From Phycisphaerae bacterium (GTDB lineage: Bacteria > Planctomycetota > Phycisphaerae > UBA1845), in the NCBI GenBank assembly GCA_963666835.2, contig CAXXGO010000001.1:1792001-1856000 (forward strand): DNA of 64,000 nucleotides, written 5' to 3'. Below, one piece after another: positions 9,401 to 19,608 of the stretch. The notes under the pieces were generated by a model. That model saw nothing but the letters and a program-made list of their open reading frames with translations, searched no databases and had not been told where the DNA came from. The position numbers and the translations under genes are program-made. Within the stretch, counting starts at the first letter, position 1. Every line of letters starts with the position of its first letter.

Positions 9401-12218
9401 GTGTTGACCCGGCTGGACAAACGTTGAGCGCCGGCACATCGACGTGGATCGGCGTGACCGCGACGTTGTCTCCTTCGCCCTCATCTTCTTGGATATCGTT
9501 GTAGACGTCGGTTCGAGCCAGCAAGTAATAATCACCGACCTGCACGGCCGGGATCTGAACCGCGATGCCTGACCGTTCGTAGTCAGCGAGCGCCTCCAGT
9601 GTTCCCACGTACTCCAGGACGCCAAGGTGCCGATCCCAGATATCCCACGTGGCGTCGGTGGATAGATACAGTGCATCCGTCCACTTGGCCGTAAGCGCTC
9701 GACTGCGCTTGTTGCCCACGACCCAGGCCACGTCGACGGTCTCGCCGGTCACTCCCATCGCCGGTGCCGTGATCGAGACAGCCTCGAGATCGCCGGCGGC
9801 TTTGTGCTTATCCTGGTTCAGCAGGACCGAGTATCCAACGGTGCCGTTGACGCCTGCAATGTCCAAGCGCCCGTCGCGGTTGAAGTCCCCGGTGGCAAGA
9901 TCAAATGCGTTGGCTGTGCTCAAGTAGTATCTGGGTTCAGCGAAGCAGCCTTCCTCCTGACCGAGAAGGATGGCAAAGTACGTTCCCAAGCATAGGTCGT
10001 CGATTCCATCACGATTGAAGTCGGCGGCGGTGAGGCCCACACCCGTGCCCGTGGGCACTTCCGCGCATTGGTCGGTTCCTGCAAAGCTGCCGCCCACGTC
10101 TCCCCATACGACTTCGATGGTGCCTGTGTCGCTCGCCAGGTCCCAGTAACCATCGCCGTTGAAGTCACCCACAGCGCATGCCCTGGGGATGGCGCTGAGC
10201 TGGAGTCCCTGCGGATCGGCAAACCCGGTTCCGCCATCATTGAAAGCTACGCCCAACGAACGGCTGTCTTCGCCGAAGCGACCGGCCAGATCCATCCAGC
10301 CATCTCGGTCGAAGTCGACCGCCATGATGTCGCCGCTTACTCCGAACTCGACGGGGTTGGCAAGCGTGCCGTCGGCCTGGCCGAATAGGACGGTGTCTCC
10401 CACCGCAACGTCCACGAGCCTGACCCCGTCCAACTCGTGCTCGTCAAAGTAACCGATCGCCAAGCTCCGGCCGTCGCCGGTGAAGGAGTAGTCGACCGGT
10501 TCCGCGAATACGCGGGAGCCCGTCTGGTGAAAGACACGCAGCACGTCGGCCGATGTGCTGACGATCAAGTCGAGAAGGCCGTTGCCGTTGACGTCAGCCA
10601 GGGCTATGTTGAACGCGGCGGAATCTGTCTGGAACATCGTGGGGTCTTGCTGGAATTTCCCGGTTCCGTTTCCCCAGAGAACGTAGGCACGCATCGCCTC
10701 CCTATCGGCCATTGCAAGGTCGCTGAAACCGTCACCATCGATGTCCCCCGTCGCGATCGCCCTGAGATCCACGCCGAGTTCGATGTCGTCGATCCTTGTG
10801 GCCAACTTGCCCTGCATTCTGTCGTAGTCCACGACACCACCGCCCATAGAAAGTAACTCCGGTCGCCCGTCGCGATCCACGTCCGCGGTTGTGTGTTGGC
10901 CAAGCCATCCTGAACCTCCGGCCCGAAATGTCGTCTGCCGGAAGCTCCAGTCTCCATCGTCACCCGGCCCGTAAAGGGCGGTCAAGGCACTCTGGTTAAC
11001 AATGTACCACTGGCTCCAGGTGAAATCGATCGCAAGATCGTCGCGGCCGTTGCCGTCCAGATCAGCGGCACTCAAGAACTTGGGCACGATCTTGCCACCC
11101 TGGCTGGGGTGAAAAGTGCCGGGGGCAAACTCCGCCCATCCGCCGAGGTAGCGGCGCCTGCCAAACGCGCCGTCCGGTGTGCCGTAGAAGATGTGCAACC
11201 ATTCACAGTCGACATTGCCCGGGCAGTAATAACCGTATTCACCCCCCACGCCCGCGATGTCCTTCAGGCCATCCCCGTCGAAATCGCCAACCGCAAGCCC
11301 TATTGGGGCGCGATTGACGTTGTAACGCTGCGACTCACCGAGACCGACGCCTTGCTCACCGTATTGCACACAGAAGTACATCTGAGTGCTTGGGTAGTCA
11401 CTTCTGAAACCCTGGACGAGATCGTCGATGCCATCCCGGTTGAGATCGGCAACCACGGGCTGCGGCCCGAAGACTTGGCCACAGGTTGTACCACTGGGTG
11501 AGCCAAGCGTGCCGTCGCATTGCCCGTACCGCAGGTTTCCGCGGTCGGTGACCACGTCCGCGCAGCCGTTGCCATCGAAATCGCCCGTGGCGATGAACCA
11601 CCCGCTTGCTGCAAAGGACTCGCCGTACGCGAAACCGCCCCCTGGCTGGCTCAGAAGGAGTTGCAGCCCGCCAGACTCGTAGTTCAGGACCACCAGGTCC
11701 AGCCGCCCATCGAGGTCGAAATGGCCCGCGGCGATCGAGACCGGCCCATTGTGAAAGTCATTGCCGGCTGGGTAGAGTTCAGCTTCTTCGATTGTGCCGA
11801 ACGTGCCGTTTGCTCTCCCGTAGTGGATAGTTATCGCGTGGAGTTCAGGACCCAGGTTCGCCCGACTATGCGCAACGGCGAGGTCGAGCAACCCATCGTC
11901 ATTCAGATCGGCGGCAACGAGCGATATGCCTTCGCCTCCACCAAGACCGAAAGCTCGGCCCGGGAACAGATAGCTGATCGCATCCCGCAGAGGATCAACT
12001 AGTGTAGCCGATTCGTCCAATGCCCTGGTGTAGGGAGCGGATTGGCGGCTGTGTGCAGGGACTCCGACCACCGCACGCGGCGTCAACGGCTGCGGGCGAT
12101 CCACTGGTCGCGGTGACGTCAGAACAGGTACGTCGTGTTCGTCATGTATCCCCGCCGGTTCGTACACAGCGCCGAATAGCGTCGAGACGAGGATAATGGC
12201 AAGAGTGAAGTGCTCCAT
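6429..12218 (-). CDS. Giant secreted protein (1929 aa): FG-GAP/VCBS repeats, CARDB/PPC/IPT-like domains, amidase-like domain, DPNDK domain, C-terminal dockerin-like domain
   Basis: Signal peptide and AGGAGG RBS. Many (A/G)DFxxDGxxDL repeats; DCAHFVSACL...GHVVLYVG; RDPNDK...YTIRFEN; DFDGDNDVDLDD tail. Confidence 0.88.
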   Translation of the reverse strand: MEHFTLAIILVSTLFGAVYEPAGIHDEHDVPVLTSPRPVDRPQPLTPRAVVGVPAHSRQSAPYTRALDESATLVDPLRDAISYLFPGRAFGLGGGEGISLVAADLNDDGLLDLAVAHSRANLGPELHAITIHYGRANGTFGTIEEAELYPAGNDFHNGPVSIAAGHFDLDGRLDLVVLNYESGGLQLLLSQPGGGFAYGESFAASGWFIATGDFDGNGCADVVTDRGNLRYGQCDGTLGSPSGTTCGQVFGPQPVVADLNRDGIDDLVQGFRSDYPSTQMYFCVQYGEQGVGLGESQRYNVNRAPIGLAVGDFDGDGLKDIAGVGGEYGYYCPGNVDCEWLHIFYGTPDGAFGRRRYLGGWAEFAPGTFHPSQGGKIVPKFLSAADLDGNGRDDLAIDFTWSQWYIVNQSALTALYGPGDDGDWSFRQTTFRAGGSGWLGQHTTADVDRDGRPELLSMGGGVVDYDRMQGKLATRIDDIELGVDLRAIATGDIDGDGFSDLAMADREAMRAYVLWGNGTGKFQQDPTMFQTDSAAFNIALADVNGNGLLDLIVSTSADVLRVFHQTGSRVFAEPVDYSFTGDGRSLAIGYFDEHELDGVRLVDVAVGDTVLFGQADGTLANPVEFGVSGDIMAVDFDRDGWMDLAGRFGEDSRSLGVAFNDGGTGFADPQGLQLSAIPRACAVGDFNGDGYWDLASDTGTIEVVWGDVGGSFAGTDQCAEVPTGTGVGLTAADFNRDGIDDLCLGTYFAILLGQEEGCFAEPRYYLSTANAFDLATGDFNRDGRLDIAGVNGTVGYSVLLNQDKHKAAGDLEAVSITAPAMGVTGETVDVAWVVGNKRSRALTAKWTDALYLSTDATWDIWDRHLGVLEYVGTLEALADYERSGIAVQIPAVQVGDYYLLARTDVYNDIQEDEGEGDNVAVTPIHVDVPALNVCPAGSTPAECPGLDDEFPSIPGMRQYKVDAVEGEDLLVTLDATAEMGIVELYIRYDYPATRSTFDAKYDVVSNPDQTVRVPGTQAGWYYILAYGDMLVGNSAAFNIRVEYLPFELNGIGVSSGGNAGNVTLELTGSRFRPDTLAYLVDSDEVMLQGDPIYLENTGSLWPTFDLRDLEPGTYDVRLDDAGAIRTLFSAFTVVPGGAPAFDAHFAMPGPVRVHTIGGTAEVGFSLEYTNHGNVDMIAPLLIVESNKYSMWLPHDIHHKFTTEQFIAVSSSGPAGILGPGATNRIEFRGIGPTRIALRRMMATSTIPIDWESMYMDIRPGSIPEEYWEEHWREILARLGNASGDYISSLAREATRQGAPSSRGSSARSFLVRELYVSATVDQYDPADAVQYGTIFCDKFCDDGVFYCGEPTNEVKHATTYGQPLSEVLGPASSCGNDGYGHDCAHFVSACLSAGGLNISQPGCSLLENEVSNIATPEDLGNLQPGDVVFTDGHVVLYVGNGVGVEHSGNPPIQDWCQTLVNGGRGYHFADFEGNDDDDDTNPPDPDYGDPIDSNGDGRWGWDTDGDGVEDAYDTDGDGRPDDFDGDGLPDDEPIIVIAPRDPNDKLSPYGYGEVGFVAEDYAIPYTIRFENLAAATAAALKIEVTDQLHENLAWETLTLDEIGFAGTVIDVPDGLDHYEGRVELDGWTWDEEEERWRQYDDTETPLVPLVVDVEAGIDLDTGVVNWSIVCADVNTGYFPEDPFAGFLPPNQESIFYPDPDDPNDPPRLIHPGEGYLTYSVAPVADLPTGTEITNEASIVFDWNEAIKTPEVLNTIDAVAPTSTVDALPVEIPYAHFDVCWSGEDDAGGSGVEGYTVYVSDNGESYSTWLTTEDECAWFTGARVGHTYDFYSVARDHVGHVEAPPTDPGDGSVIPDTTTTIVGLLADFDGDNDVDLDDYFFVEICLSVSGPGVAPAFQECEDLFDLDDIPDGDVDLRDLAVFQRLFTGEY

Positions 12219-12608
12219 GTTCCGCCTCCTAAAACAGTGCCGGACTCGTCAATCCGATGTTTGAAACGCCATAGTGGCGATTATAGCGATGGCGATGCGG
12301 CTGTGATACACGGGTGGGCGATGCACGTTGGCGGAGGAGCGTGGATTCCGGCGGATGCTGCGGCCTCGACATAATATCGAAAGTCATCCGCGCGCTCGGT
12401 GGTACGCCAGATGACCATCGTCACACAAGCCAGATCCCCGGACAGGAGCAGTTTGGCACGCAACGCCCGAAAAGGGAACCCTCATCCTCTGTTGTTGCTA
12501 GAGCGAGCGCTTGGGGGTATATGGAAAGAGGCTCGGTAGGGAATCGCCTACCCAAGCTCATGTCGGCGGGGTCTGCTCGAAACAGGTCCCTCTTTCCCCA
12601 ACGCCCCC

Positions 12609-14069
12609 CTACGGAGCAACTTCGGCGACGGAGTTCAGTTCGCCATACTCATTGGTTTCCACCAGCGGGTTGTGGTGGTCGTGGGACCAGCGGCCGTCGA
12701 CGACCAGGCGGTAACGGTATCGCCCGCTCGGCAAGCGGAGGCTGGTCTCGAAGTCGCCGTTGACCAAGCGGCGCATCGGCGTGGCGTGCGGCATCCAATC
12801 GTTGAAGTCCCCGGCCAACTGAACCTCGTTAGCCTCCGGGTTGCGCGTCCGGAACACGATGATCTCGCCGTCCTGGCGCACTCCATAGACCTCTTCGATC
12901 TTCCGACTGATCTCCTCGGGCGTGGCCGGCCTTTGCGCCGGGCGGGGAGCGGGCGCGACCGGGCGTTGTACTAGATCCGCTACGGCCGAAATCGCCGCCT
13001 TGCTACCGGCGGAAGCCGGAATAATCTCCGGCGGCACGTCCGGAGCTACCGCAGACCGTCCGCTGATCGCGACATCCATGGCCGGGGACGACGCCGGTAC
13101 ATTCGTCGGAGGAGCCGGCGAGGCTGACTTCCCGTTCGTCTTGGGCTGGGCGGTTACCGCGGTCTTCGTCGAGGCGGTCCGCGTGTCAATCAACGTGGCC
13201 GTGGTAGCCAGCAGTCGATCCGCATCCGCAGCGAGCTTCTCAACGTGTTGGAGGATATCGGTTTTGGATGTTCTGACCGGCTCGGTAGCGAGAATCTCGC
13301 GGGCGAGCTTCTGGAAATCGCGAGCCCCCATACTGGTAGGCGCAAACTCGGTAATGGGCTGGCCGAAACTGGCTCCCTCTTTGAGCTTCGTATTGAAGTT
13401 GATAATCGTATCGAAGATGACGCCTTTGAAACGGTCCCTCAACTCGGCGAGGATCTCCCGGGCCAGCTTCGTGCGTACGTCGTACTGATTCGGCAGCACC
13501 CGCACGGACGGCTTGGCCCCGACGCGCTCGCAGATCTGGTCGATCGTGGTTAGCTGCTGGGTCAACCCATGAAGCGAGAAGAAGCCGGTATCAACCGGAA
13601 TGATGATCTCGTCCGCAGCGCAGAGCCCGTTGCGCATCAACAGGCCCAGGTGCGGTGGACAGTCGACCACGCAATAGTCGTACCGCGATGAATTCGCCGC
13701 GAGCACATCGCGCAGAGGAGTGTCGGCATCGTCTTGGATGCCCAACTTAGGCTCCAACAAGGCAAGGTTCGAACGCGACGGCGCCACATCGAGGGTGGGC
13801 GCAATCTGCCAGGTGATCTGCGACAACTCGATCGGCTCGCCTTCGAGCTTGGCCATGAGACAATCGAAGATGGACAGATCGATCTGCTCGTCCGGCACGG
13901 CCATTCCCAGGGCGCAGTGGCCTTGCGGATCCAGATCTACCAGGAGAACTCGCCGCCCTTCGCGGGCTATTGACGCTGAAAGATTGATAGCGACGGTGGT
14001 CTTTCCACAGCCGCCCTTCTGATTGGCAATAGTGATCGTGCGCACGGGAATAACCCTCACGTTGACCAT
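12609..14069 (-). CDS. ParA/Soj-family ATPase fused to an AMPK-beta/CBM48-like glycogen-binding domain
   Basis: ANQKGGCGKTT deviant Walker A, DLDPQ, DCPP; Pro/Ala linker; VQLAGDFNDW...GRYRYRLVVDGRW...NEYGELNS. Confidence 0.88.
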   Translation of the reverse strand: MVNVRVIPVRTITIANQKGGCGKTTVAINLSASIAREGRRVLLVDLDPQGHCALGMAVPDEQIDLSIFDCLMAKLEGEPIELSQITWQIAPTLDVAPSRSNLALLEPKLGIQDDADTPLRDVLAANSSRYDYCVVDCPPHLGLLMRNGLCAADEIIIPVDTGFFSLHGLTQQLTTIDQICERVGAKPSVRVLPNQYDVRTKLAREILAELRDRFKGVIFDTIINFNTKLKEGASFGQPITEFAPTSMGARDFQKLAREILATEPVRTSKTDILQHVEKLAADADRLLATTATLIDTRTASTKTAVTAQPKTNGKSASPAPPTNVPASSPAMDVAISGRSAVAPDVPPEIIPASAGSKAAISAVADLVQRPVAPAPRPAQRPATPEEISRKIEEVYGVRQDGEIIVFRTRNPEANEVQLAGDFNDWMPHATPMRRLVNGDFETSLRLPSGRYRYRLVVDGRWSHDHHNPLVETNEYGELNSVAEVAP

Positions 14070-14447
14070 GAGGGAGGCGAGCTAATACACCCGCGTCGAG
14101 GGGTCGCCTCCTGCTGCCCTACGAAGCGGCATACGCGAGAGGGCCTGGTCACTACCGGGCAACGACCATGCAGCCATCCTGCCGCCGCCTCCGGCGACCA
14201 GCGCGGATGGCGCGCTGCTCCAACCAAGTCCTCTCGCCGGAAATATCGGATGTCAGCATTGAGAAACTTGAAGATATTATTGGACTTAACACGGAAATCA
14301 GTACTGACAACCCGCTTTCTCGACCCTGGCAACGCCGAAATCGGCCCGGACGGAACCGAGTTGCAGGCGGCACAATAAACGGACGATGCATCGGTGTTAC
14401 GTCCGTTTTGCAGTAGATTTCTGCGCGTTGCACGGAGCCGCTACGAC

Positions 14448-16115
14448 ATGGTCGATCGAATGACAGCCCAACCGCGGCTTCCCGGCCGGCTTTCAAAGAG
14501 CCGAGGAGGCATCGTCCGGAGCGAGACTTCCGCACTCAGTATTGAAGACCGAGCCGATGCGGCGTTCATCAGGCATGCAACAAAGGTCGCGCTCCTGCCG
14601 GCCTTGCTCGTCATTGTCCTCCCGTTCGTCCTCCCCGCGGGCTGCGGGTTGGGGTACATCGATATTGTCCCCGAAGAGACCATGACTCTCCGCGTGGAAA
14701 ACGGCACCCCAGACGGGGTCAGCATAACGGTCACAGTCGAGGGGCCGGAGATAACGGAATCCGAGGACACCGACGCAGACAAGACCTCATCGGACACCGT
14801 AATATACGTACTCGGCGGCAACACCTCCGTCGGAAGCGTTCCGTGCGACGAGACAATCACTATCGCGGCGGTCATGTCGGATTCGTCGTCCACGGCCGTG
14901 GCGTTCAGCGGGGATGGGACAGGCACCCCGGGATTCGATTCGGGGAGCGTTGGTGCTTCAGGGCAAAGACATCTCATTCGCGACACGCATTTTACGTGCG
15001 CGGACTCGATTTTGATCCAGTTGTCCAGCTCGGGATCCGGAACCGTCGTGGTTGTAGAGGAGGGCGAATCGTTCCCCGATCCGGTCACCACTTCTGACGA
15101 GACTGATCCTACTGAAGGTTCCGAGCCGGCGACAGTAAGGCTCCAACTGGAGAACGCGACCGCAACGGCCGCCGACGTCACTATCGCGACGGGAACAAGT
15201 GAGGAAGAAGGCGAAACCACCACTGGCCAGCCGGTGCGGGTGCCGGCCGGACAGTACACGACCGGTGAAGTGGCGTGCGGGGCGGACTACGTCATTTCGG
15301 GCACGATGGCGGGAGATGACTCGGCGGCACTGTTGTTCTCAGGAGATGGGACCGGCACGGCCGGCTTCGACAGTGCGAGCGTTGGCTTGGACGGTGAGCG
15401 ACTTCTTGCGTTCCTAGAGCATTACGCATGCGGGGAGACTGTGGTGATCCGCATCGAGGACGACGGAAGTGGCATCGGCAGCAGCACGAGCGAGACCCCG
15501 CTGGGTACGGTGGCGGTGTATGCCGCAAACGAGACCGTCCCGGAGCCTGATCTCCCCGACCCGGATGACGAGACTCCCGTGACCGACGCAGCCGACGAGG
15601 TGACCCTGGTGATTGTCAACGCTGTAGAGAGCACTATCCAGATTAACTTCGCAACGGGTAACGGATCACTGGCTGACACCGGTGGTACGGACATCTCCAG
15701 CTCGACTGATGTGCGGGTGCCGCCCGGTTCAACCTCTTTTGGAACCGGGTCCTGTGCGCAGGAGTACATGATCGCCGGGGCTCATCTCGAAACGACCGGA
15801 ACGACCTACTCCGAAGGCGGCGGGGACATTTTCGAGGGCGGCGGCAGCGTGAACTTCCATGGAATCGTCTTCACCGGTGACGGGACCGGCACCGAAGGGT
15901 TCGACGGAAACTCGATTGCGGTCTCGCGCGGACGGCTCTTTCAGCTCGGCACCCACTTCGAATGCGGCGATACGATCACCGTCACCGTCACGGCCACGAA
16001 CAACCAAGTCAAGGTCGACGAAGATGGAGTAGCGGAGGTTGATGAGTACGGCGAACCGACGATCGGCTACGGTGTCGGGACCGGTACGGTCTCTGTTACC
16101 GCAGGAGGTAGCTGA
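14448..16115 (+). CDS. Acidic lipoprotein with three internal repeats (start uncertain)
   Basis: LPAGC lipobox; three units each containing F(S/T)GDGTGTxGFD and a Cys pair. Confidence 0.7.
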   Translation: MVDRMTAQPRLPGRLSKSRGGIVRSETSALSIEDRADAAFIRHATKVALLPALLVIVLPFVLPAGCGLGYIDIVPEETMTLRVENGTPDGVSITVTVEGPEITESEDTDADKTSSDTVIYVLGGNTSVGSVPCDETITIAAVMSDSSSTAVAFSGDGTGTPGFDSGSVGASGQRHLIRDTHFTCADSILIQLSSSGSGTVVVVEEGESFPDPVTTSDETDPTEGSEPATVRLQLENATATAADVTIATGTSEEEGETTTGQPVRVPAGQYTTGEVACGADYVISGTMAGDDSAALLFSGDGTGTAGFDSASVGLDGERLLAFLEHYACGETVVIRIEDDGSGIGSSTSETPLGTVAVYAANETVPEPDLPDPDDETPVTDAADEVTLVIVNAVESTIQINFATGNGSLADTGGTDISSSTDVRVPPGSTSFGTGSCAQEYMIAGAHLETTGTTYSEGGGDIFEGGGSVNFHGIVFTGDGTGTEGFDGNSIAVSRGRLFQLGTHFECGDTITVTVTATNNQVKVDEDGVAEVDEYGEPTIGYGVGTGTVSVTAGGS

Positions 16116-16181
16116 ACCGGTGCCGGAGAACGCGCCCCTTGGATCCGCCCGCGGTAACCGCTGACGGATCCGTCTATCCGA

Positions 16182-17531
16182 ATGACGCTAATCGTGAGTG
16201 ATGGACAACTCAAATCGGTGAGTGTCGGGTTCCTGGCCGTCACACGGCGTCTGGTTATCTGCGCTACGGCTGCGGTCGCCCTGGTCTTCGCGGTTGGGAC
16301 GCACGTATTGCTCGACCGGCAGACTCGTCTGGCGGTTGTGGCTGAGGCCCGGCTGTGCGCTTCAGCTCTCACCCCCGGTCCGAACGGGGATCTGACCGAA
16401 TCCGTCGAACGGTTGCGTTCCCGGCACGGTCGTCTCGTCGCTGTCGCATCGCTGGGGCCTACCGGGCGGGTCGAAGCCGCCTATCCCTCTGCAGATCGAG
16501 GTTTCCGCGAGGCCGCGAACACGGCGGCGGAAGCCCGGTCGGAAGCCGTGGCCGTCACCGCCGCCGGCGGAGGGGCACGGCACGAATTGTGGGGCGTGAA
16601 TCTCCCACTGAACGGGACAGAAAGCCCGGCGTCGTGGCGAGTGGTCATCCTGTTGACGCGAGATCGCGGCTACAGCGTATGGCTGGTCGCGACAGGTGTG
16701 GTTGCGGCCCTCGCCGCCGTGGGTCTCGGTCTTGGAGCTTGGGGACTGAGTCGCTGGTTCGAGGGCAACGTGACCCAGCCGTTGCGGCGAATCGCTACGT
16801 CTGCTCGCAATACGCGGTCTACGGGTGGAGTCCGGCCGAGTTTACGGGGCAACGTCTGGCGCGAGACCGAGGATATCGCAGAGTGTTTGCGCCGTCACGT
16901 CGAGCAGGGGCAAGAGACTCAGGCATATACCAAGCAAGTCGAGTACGAAGCTCAGCAACAAGTTCGGCTGCACCAGAAACGCCTCGATAATCGCCTGCGC
17001 CGGGCAGAGGACCGAGCGACGATGGACGCCCTGACCGGGTTGCGGAACCGCCACTTCCTGGAGAGCGAACTTGGTCCGTTGTTTGATCGCCAGCGGGGGG
17101 CACGGCGCGACCTCGCGGCAGTCGTATTCGATGTGGACAATTTCAAGCCGCTCAATGATACGCGGGGACACGAGGCCGGGGACGACATCCTCAGGTTTCT
17201 TGGTGAGCTACTCCGGGCCGCGATTCGCCCGACCGATTTCGCCGTTCGGATGGGCGGAGACGAGTTCCTTCTCCTTCTGCCCGACGTCAACACGAGACAG
17301 GCGAACAGTATCGCCGAGCGGATTGTCAGGCTCTTTGCCCAATACGCCGGGCGGCTGGGCCAGTCCCCGGCGGTGTCACTCAGCGCGGGCATAGCCACGC
17401 TCAGATCGACCGAAGGCGCAGACGGTGGGGAGCTGCTCGCCGCAGCGGACGCTGCGCTCTACCGGGCCAAAGGGCAGGGTAAGAACTCAGTCAGCACTGC
17501 CGAAGACGCTCCAATCGGCCCCGGCCGGTGA
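16182..17531 (+). CDS. Membrane-anchored diguanylate cyclase (GGDEF)
   Basis: Two TM segments; DALTGLRNR, DVDNFKPLND, RPTD I-site, RMGGDEF, ALYRAK. Confidence 0.92.
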   Translation: MTLIVSDGQLKSVSVGFLAVTRRLVICATAAVALVFAVGTHVLLDRQTRLAVVAEARLCASALTPGPNGDLTESVERLRSRHGRLVAVASLGPTGRVEAAYPSADRGFREAANTAAEARSEAVAVTAAGGGARHELWGVNLPLNGTESPASWRVVILLTRDRGYSVWLVATGVVAALAAVGLGLGAWGLSRWFEGNVTQPLRRIATSARNTRSTGGVRPSLRGNVWRETEDIAECLRRHVEQGQETQAYTKQVEYEAQQQVRLHQKRLDNRLRRAEDRATMDALTGLRNRHFLESELGPLFDRQRGARRDLAAVVFDVDNFKPLNDTRGHEAGDDILRFLGELLRAAIRPTDFAVRMGGDEFLLLLPDVNTRQANSIAERIVRLFAQYAGRLGQSPAVSLSAGIATLRSTEGADGGELLAAADAALYRAKGQGKNSVSTAEDAPIGPGR

Positions 17532-17795
17532 CTCGCTCGGGCAGGACGCCGGCGTTCGGACAATCCCGTACGTGACAACTACCGTCTCTCTCGCAACACC
17601 CGTTCCAGGGGGGCGAGATTGGGAATCGTAGCGGCGGGCATCCGATGTCGCTAACATGAGGAAGAGGTGCCGGGCCTAACGCTAAGCCGGCGCCGGTCGG
17701 TCGGGTCGCGGCGGCGGCGAAGACGCTACGGAACAGCCCTGACCAACTTGTTTTGACGTTACGGTCGGATCGAAACGACCCGGGAATATCAAACC

Positions 17796-19499
17796 ATGAG
17801 TACAGACGAGGCCAAGCCATCCCTGAACTTCATTCAGGAAATCGTCGAGGATGATCTCAAGACGGGCAAATGGGACGGGCGCGTTCACACGCGTTTTCCG
17901 CCCGAACCGAACGGGTACCTGCACATCGGACACGCCAAGTCCATCTGTCTGAATTTCGGGCTCGCGGCCGCGTACCCCGGCGGACTGTGCAACCTGCGGT
18001 TCGACGACACCAATCCCATCAAGGAAGAGGACGAGTACGTCAACTCGATCATCGAGGACGTCCGCTGGCTGGGCTTCGATTGGGGAGACCGGCTCTGCTA
18101 CGGATCGGGGTACTTCGAGCAGATGTACGAGTGGGCCGTGCAACTAATCAAGGCCGGGCTGGCATACGTATGTGATCTGAACGCGGAGGAGACCCGACAG
18201 TATCGTGGCACGCTGACCACGCCGGGGCGGAACAGTCCGTATCGCGATCGAAGCGTCGAGGAGAACCTCGATCTGTTCACCCGCATGCGGGCGGGCGAGT
18301 TCCCCGATGGCTCGCGCACCCTCCGGGCCAAGATCGACATGGCATCTGCGAACCTGAATATGCGTGATCCGGTGATGTATCGAATCCTGCGGGCCCACCA
18401 CCATCGCACCGGTGATGAATGGTGCGTCTACCCGATGTACGACTGGGCACACGGGCTGGAGGATTCGATCGAGGGGATCACGCACTCGATCTGTACGTTG
18501 GAATTCGAGAACCACCGCCCGCTGTACGATTGGTTTATTGACCAATTGGGCATTTACCATCCCCAGCAGATCGAATTCGCCCGCCTCGAGTTGACTTACA
18601 CCGTGATGAGCAAGCGGAGGCTGCTCGAGCTGGTTAGTGACAGGCACGTTTCAGGTTGGGATGACCCACGGATGCCGACGTTGTCGGGCCTCCGTCGCCG
18701 CGGCTTTACGCCTGAGTCCATCCGTACATTTTGCCAGCGGATCGGCGTGGCGAAGTTCAACAGCGTGATCGACATCGCTCGCCTGGAGCATGCTATCCGC
18801 GAGGAACTGAACATAAGCGCGCCGCGGACGATGGCCGTGCTTCGCCCGTTGCGCGTGGTTATCGAAAACTACCCGGAGCAGCAGGTCGAGGAGCTGGACG
18901 CCGTTAACAACCCCGAGGACGCGAGCATGGGCACGCGCAAAGTGCCGTTCTCCCGCGTGCTGTACATCGAACGTGACGACTTCCACGAAGATCCGCCGCG
19001 GAAGTTCTTCCGACTTGCGCCCGGGCGGGAAGTCCGCTTACGCTATGCATACTTCATCACTTGCAATCAGGTCGTCAAAGACGGGAACACCGGCGAGGTC
19101 GTCGAATTGCGGTGTACCTACGATCCCGCCACGCGCGGCGGAGATGCTCCGGACGGGCGCAAGGTGAAAGCAACCTTGCATTGGGTTTCGGCGGAACATG
19201 CCCACGAGGCCGAGGTGCGCCTTTACGATCACCTGTTTACCAAGGAAGATCCCAATGACGTCGAACAGGGCGCGGATTACAGGTCGAACCTCAACCCGGA
19301 CTCGTTGGAGGTTCTGCAATCGGCCCTCGTCGAGCCCGGGCTGGCCAAGGCGACTCCGGGAGATCGGTTCCAGTTCGAACGTCAGGGCTACTTCTGCGTC
19401 GACCCGGATTCGTCCGCAGAGAAACTGGTATTCAATCGAACGGTCACTTTGAAAGACACTTGGGCAAAGATCCAGAAGCAGCAATCGCAGAAGAAGTAG
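17796..19499 (+). CDS. glnS: Glutamine--tRNA ligase
   Basis: [31 protein letters not shown]. Confidence 0.97.
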   Translation: MSTDEAKPSLNFIQEIVEDDLKTGKWDGRVHTRFPPEPNGYLHIGHAKSICLNFGLAAAYPGGLCNLRFDDTNPIKEEDEYVNSIIEDVRWLGFDWGDRLCYGSGYFEQMYEWAVQLIKAGLAYVCDLNAEETRQYRGTLTTPGRNSPYRDRSVEENLDLFTRMRAGEFPDGSRTLRAKIDMASANLNMRDPVMYRILRAHHHRTGDEWCVYPMYDWAHGLEDSIEGITHSICTLEFENHRPLYDWFIDQLGIYHPQQIEFARLELTYTVMSKRRLLELVSDRHVSGWDDPRMPTLSGLRRRGFTPESIRTFCQRIGVAKFNSVIDIARLEHAIREELNISAPRTMAVLRPLRVVIENYPEQQVEELDAVNNPEDASMGTRKVPFSRVLYIERDDFHEDPPRKFFRLAPGREVRLRYAYFITCNQVVKDGNTGEVVELRCTYDPATRGGDAPDGRKVKATLHWVSAEHAHEAEVRLYDHLFTKEDPNDVEQGADYRSNLNPDSLEVLQSALVEPGLAKATPGDRFQFERQGYFCVDPDSSAEKLVFNRTVTLKDTWAKIQKQQSQKK

Positions 19500-19608
19500 T
19501 AGGTCGGGGTATCCGAATAGCCTGCTCGCGGTGAGCGAGGCACTGGTTCTACCTTTCATGTGTGGACTTGCCATGCCACGGGCAGAGTCCGCAGCCGGAG
19601 AGGCCAAC

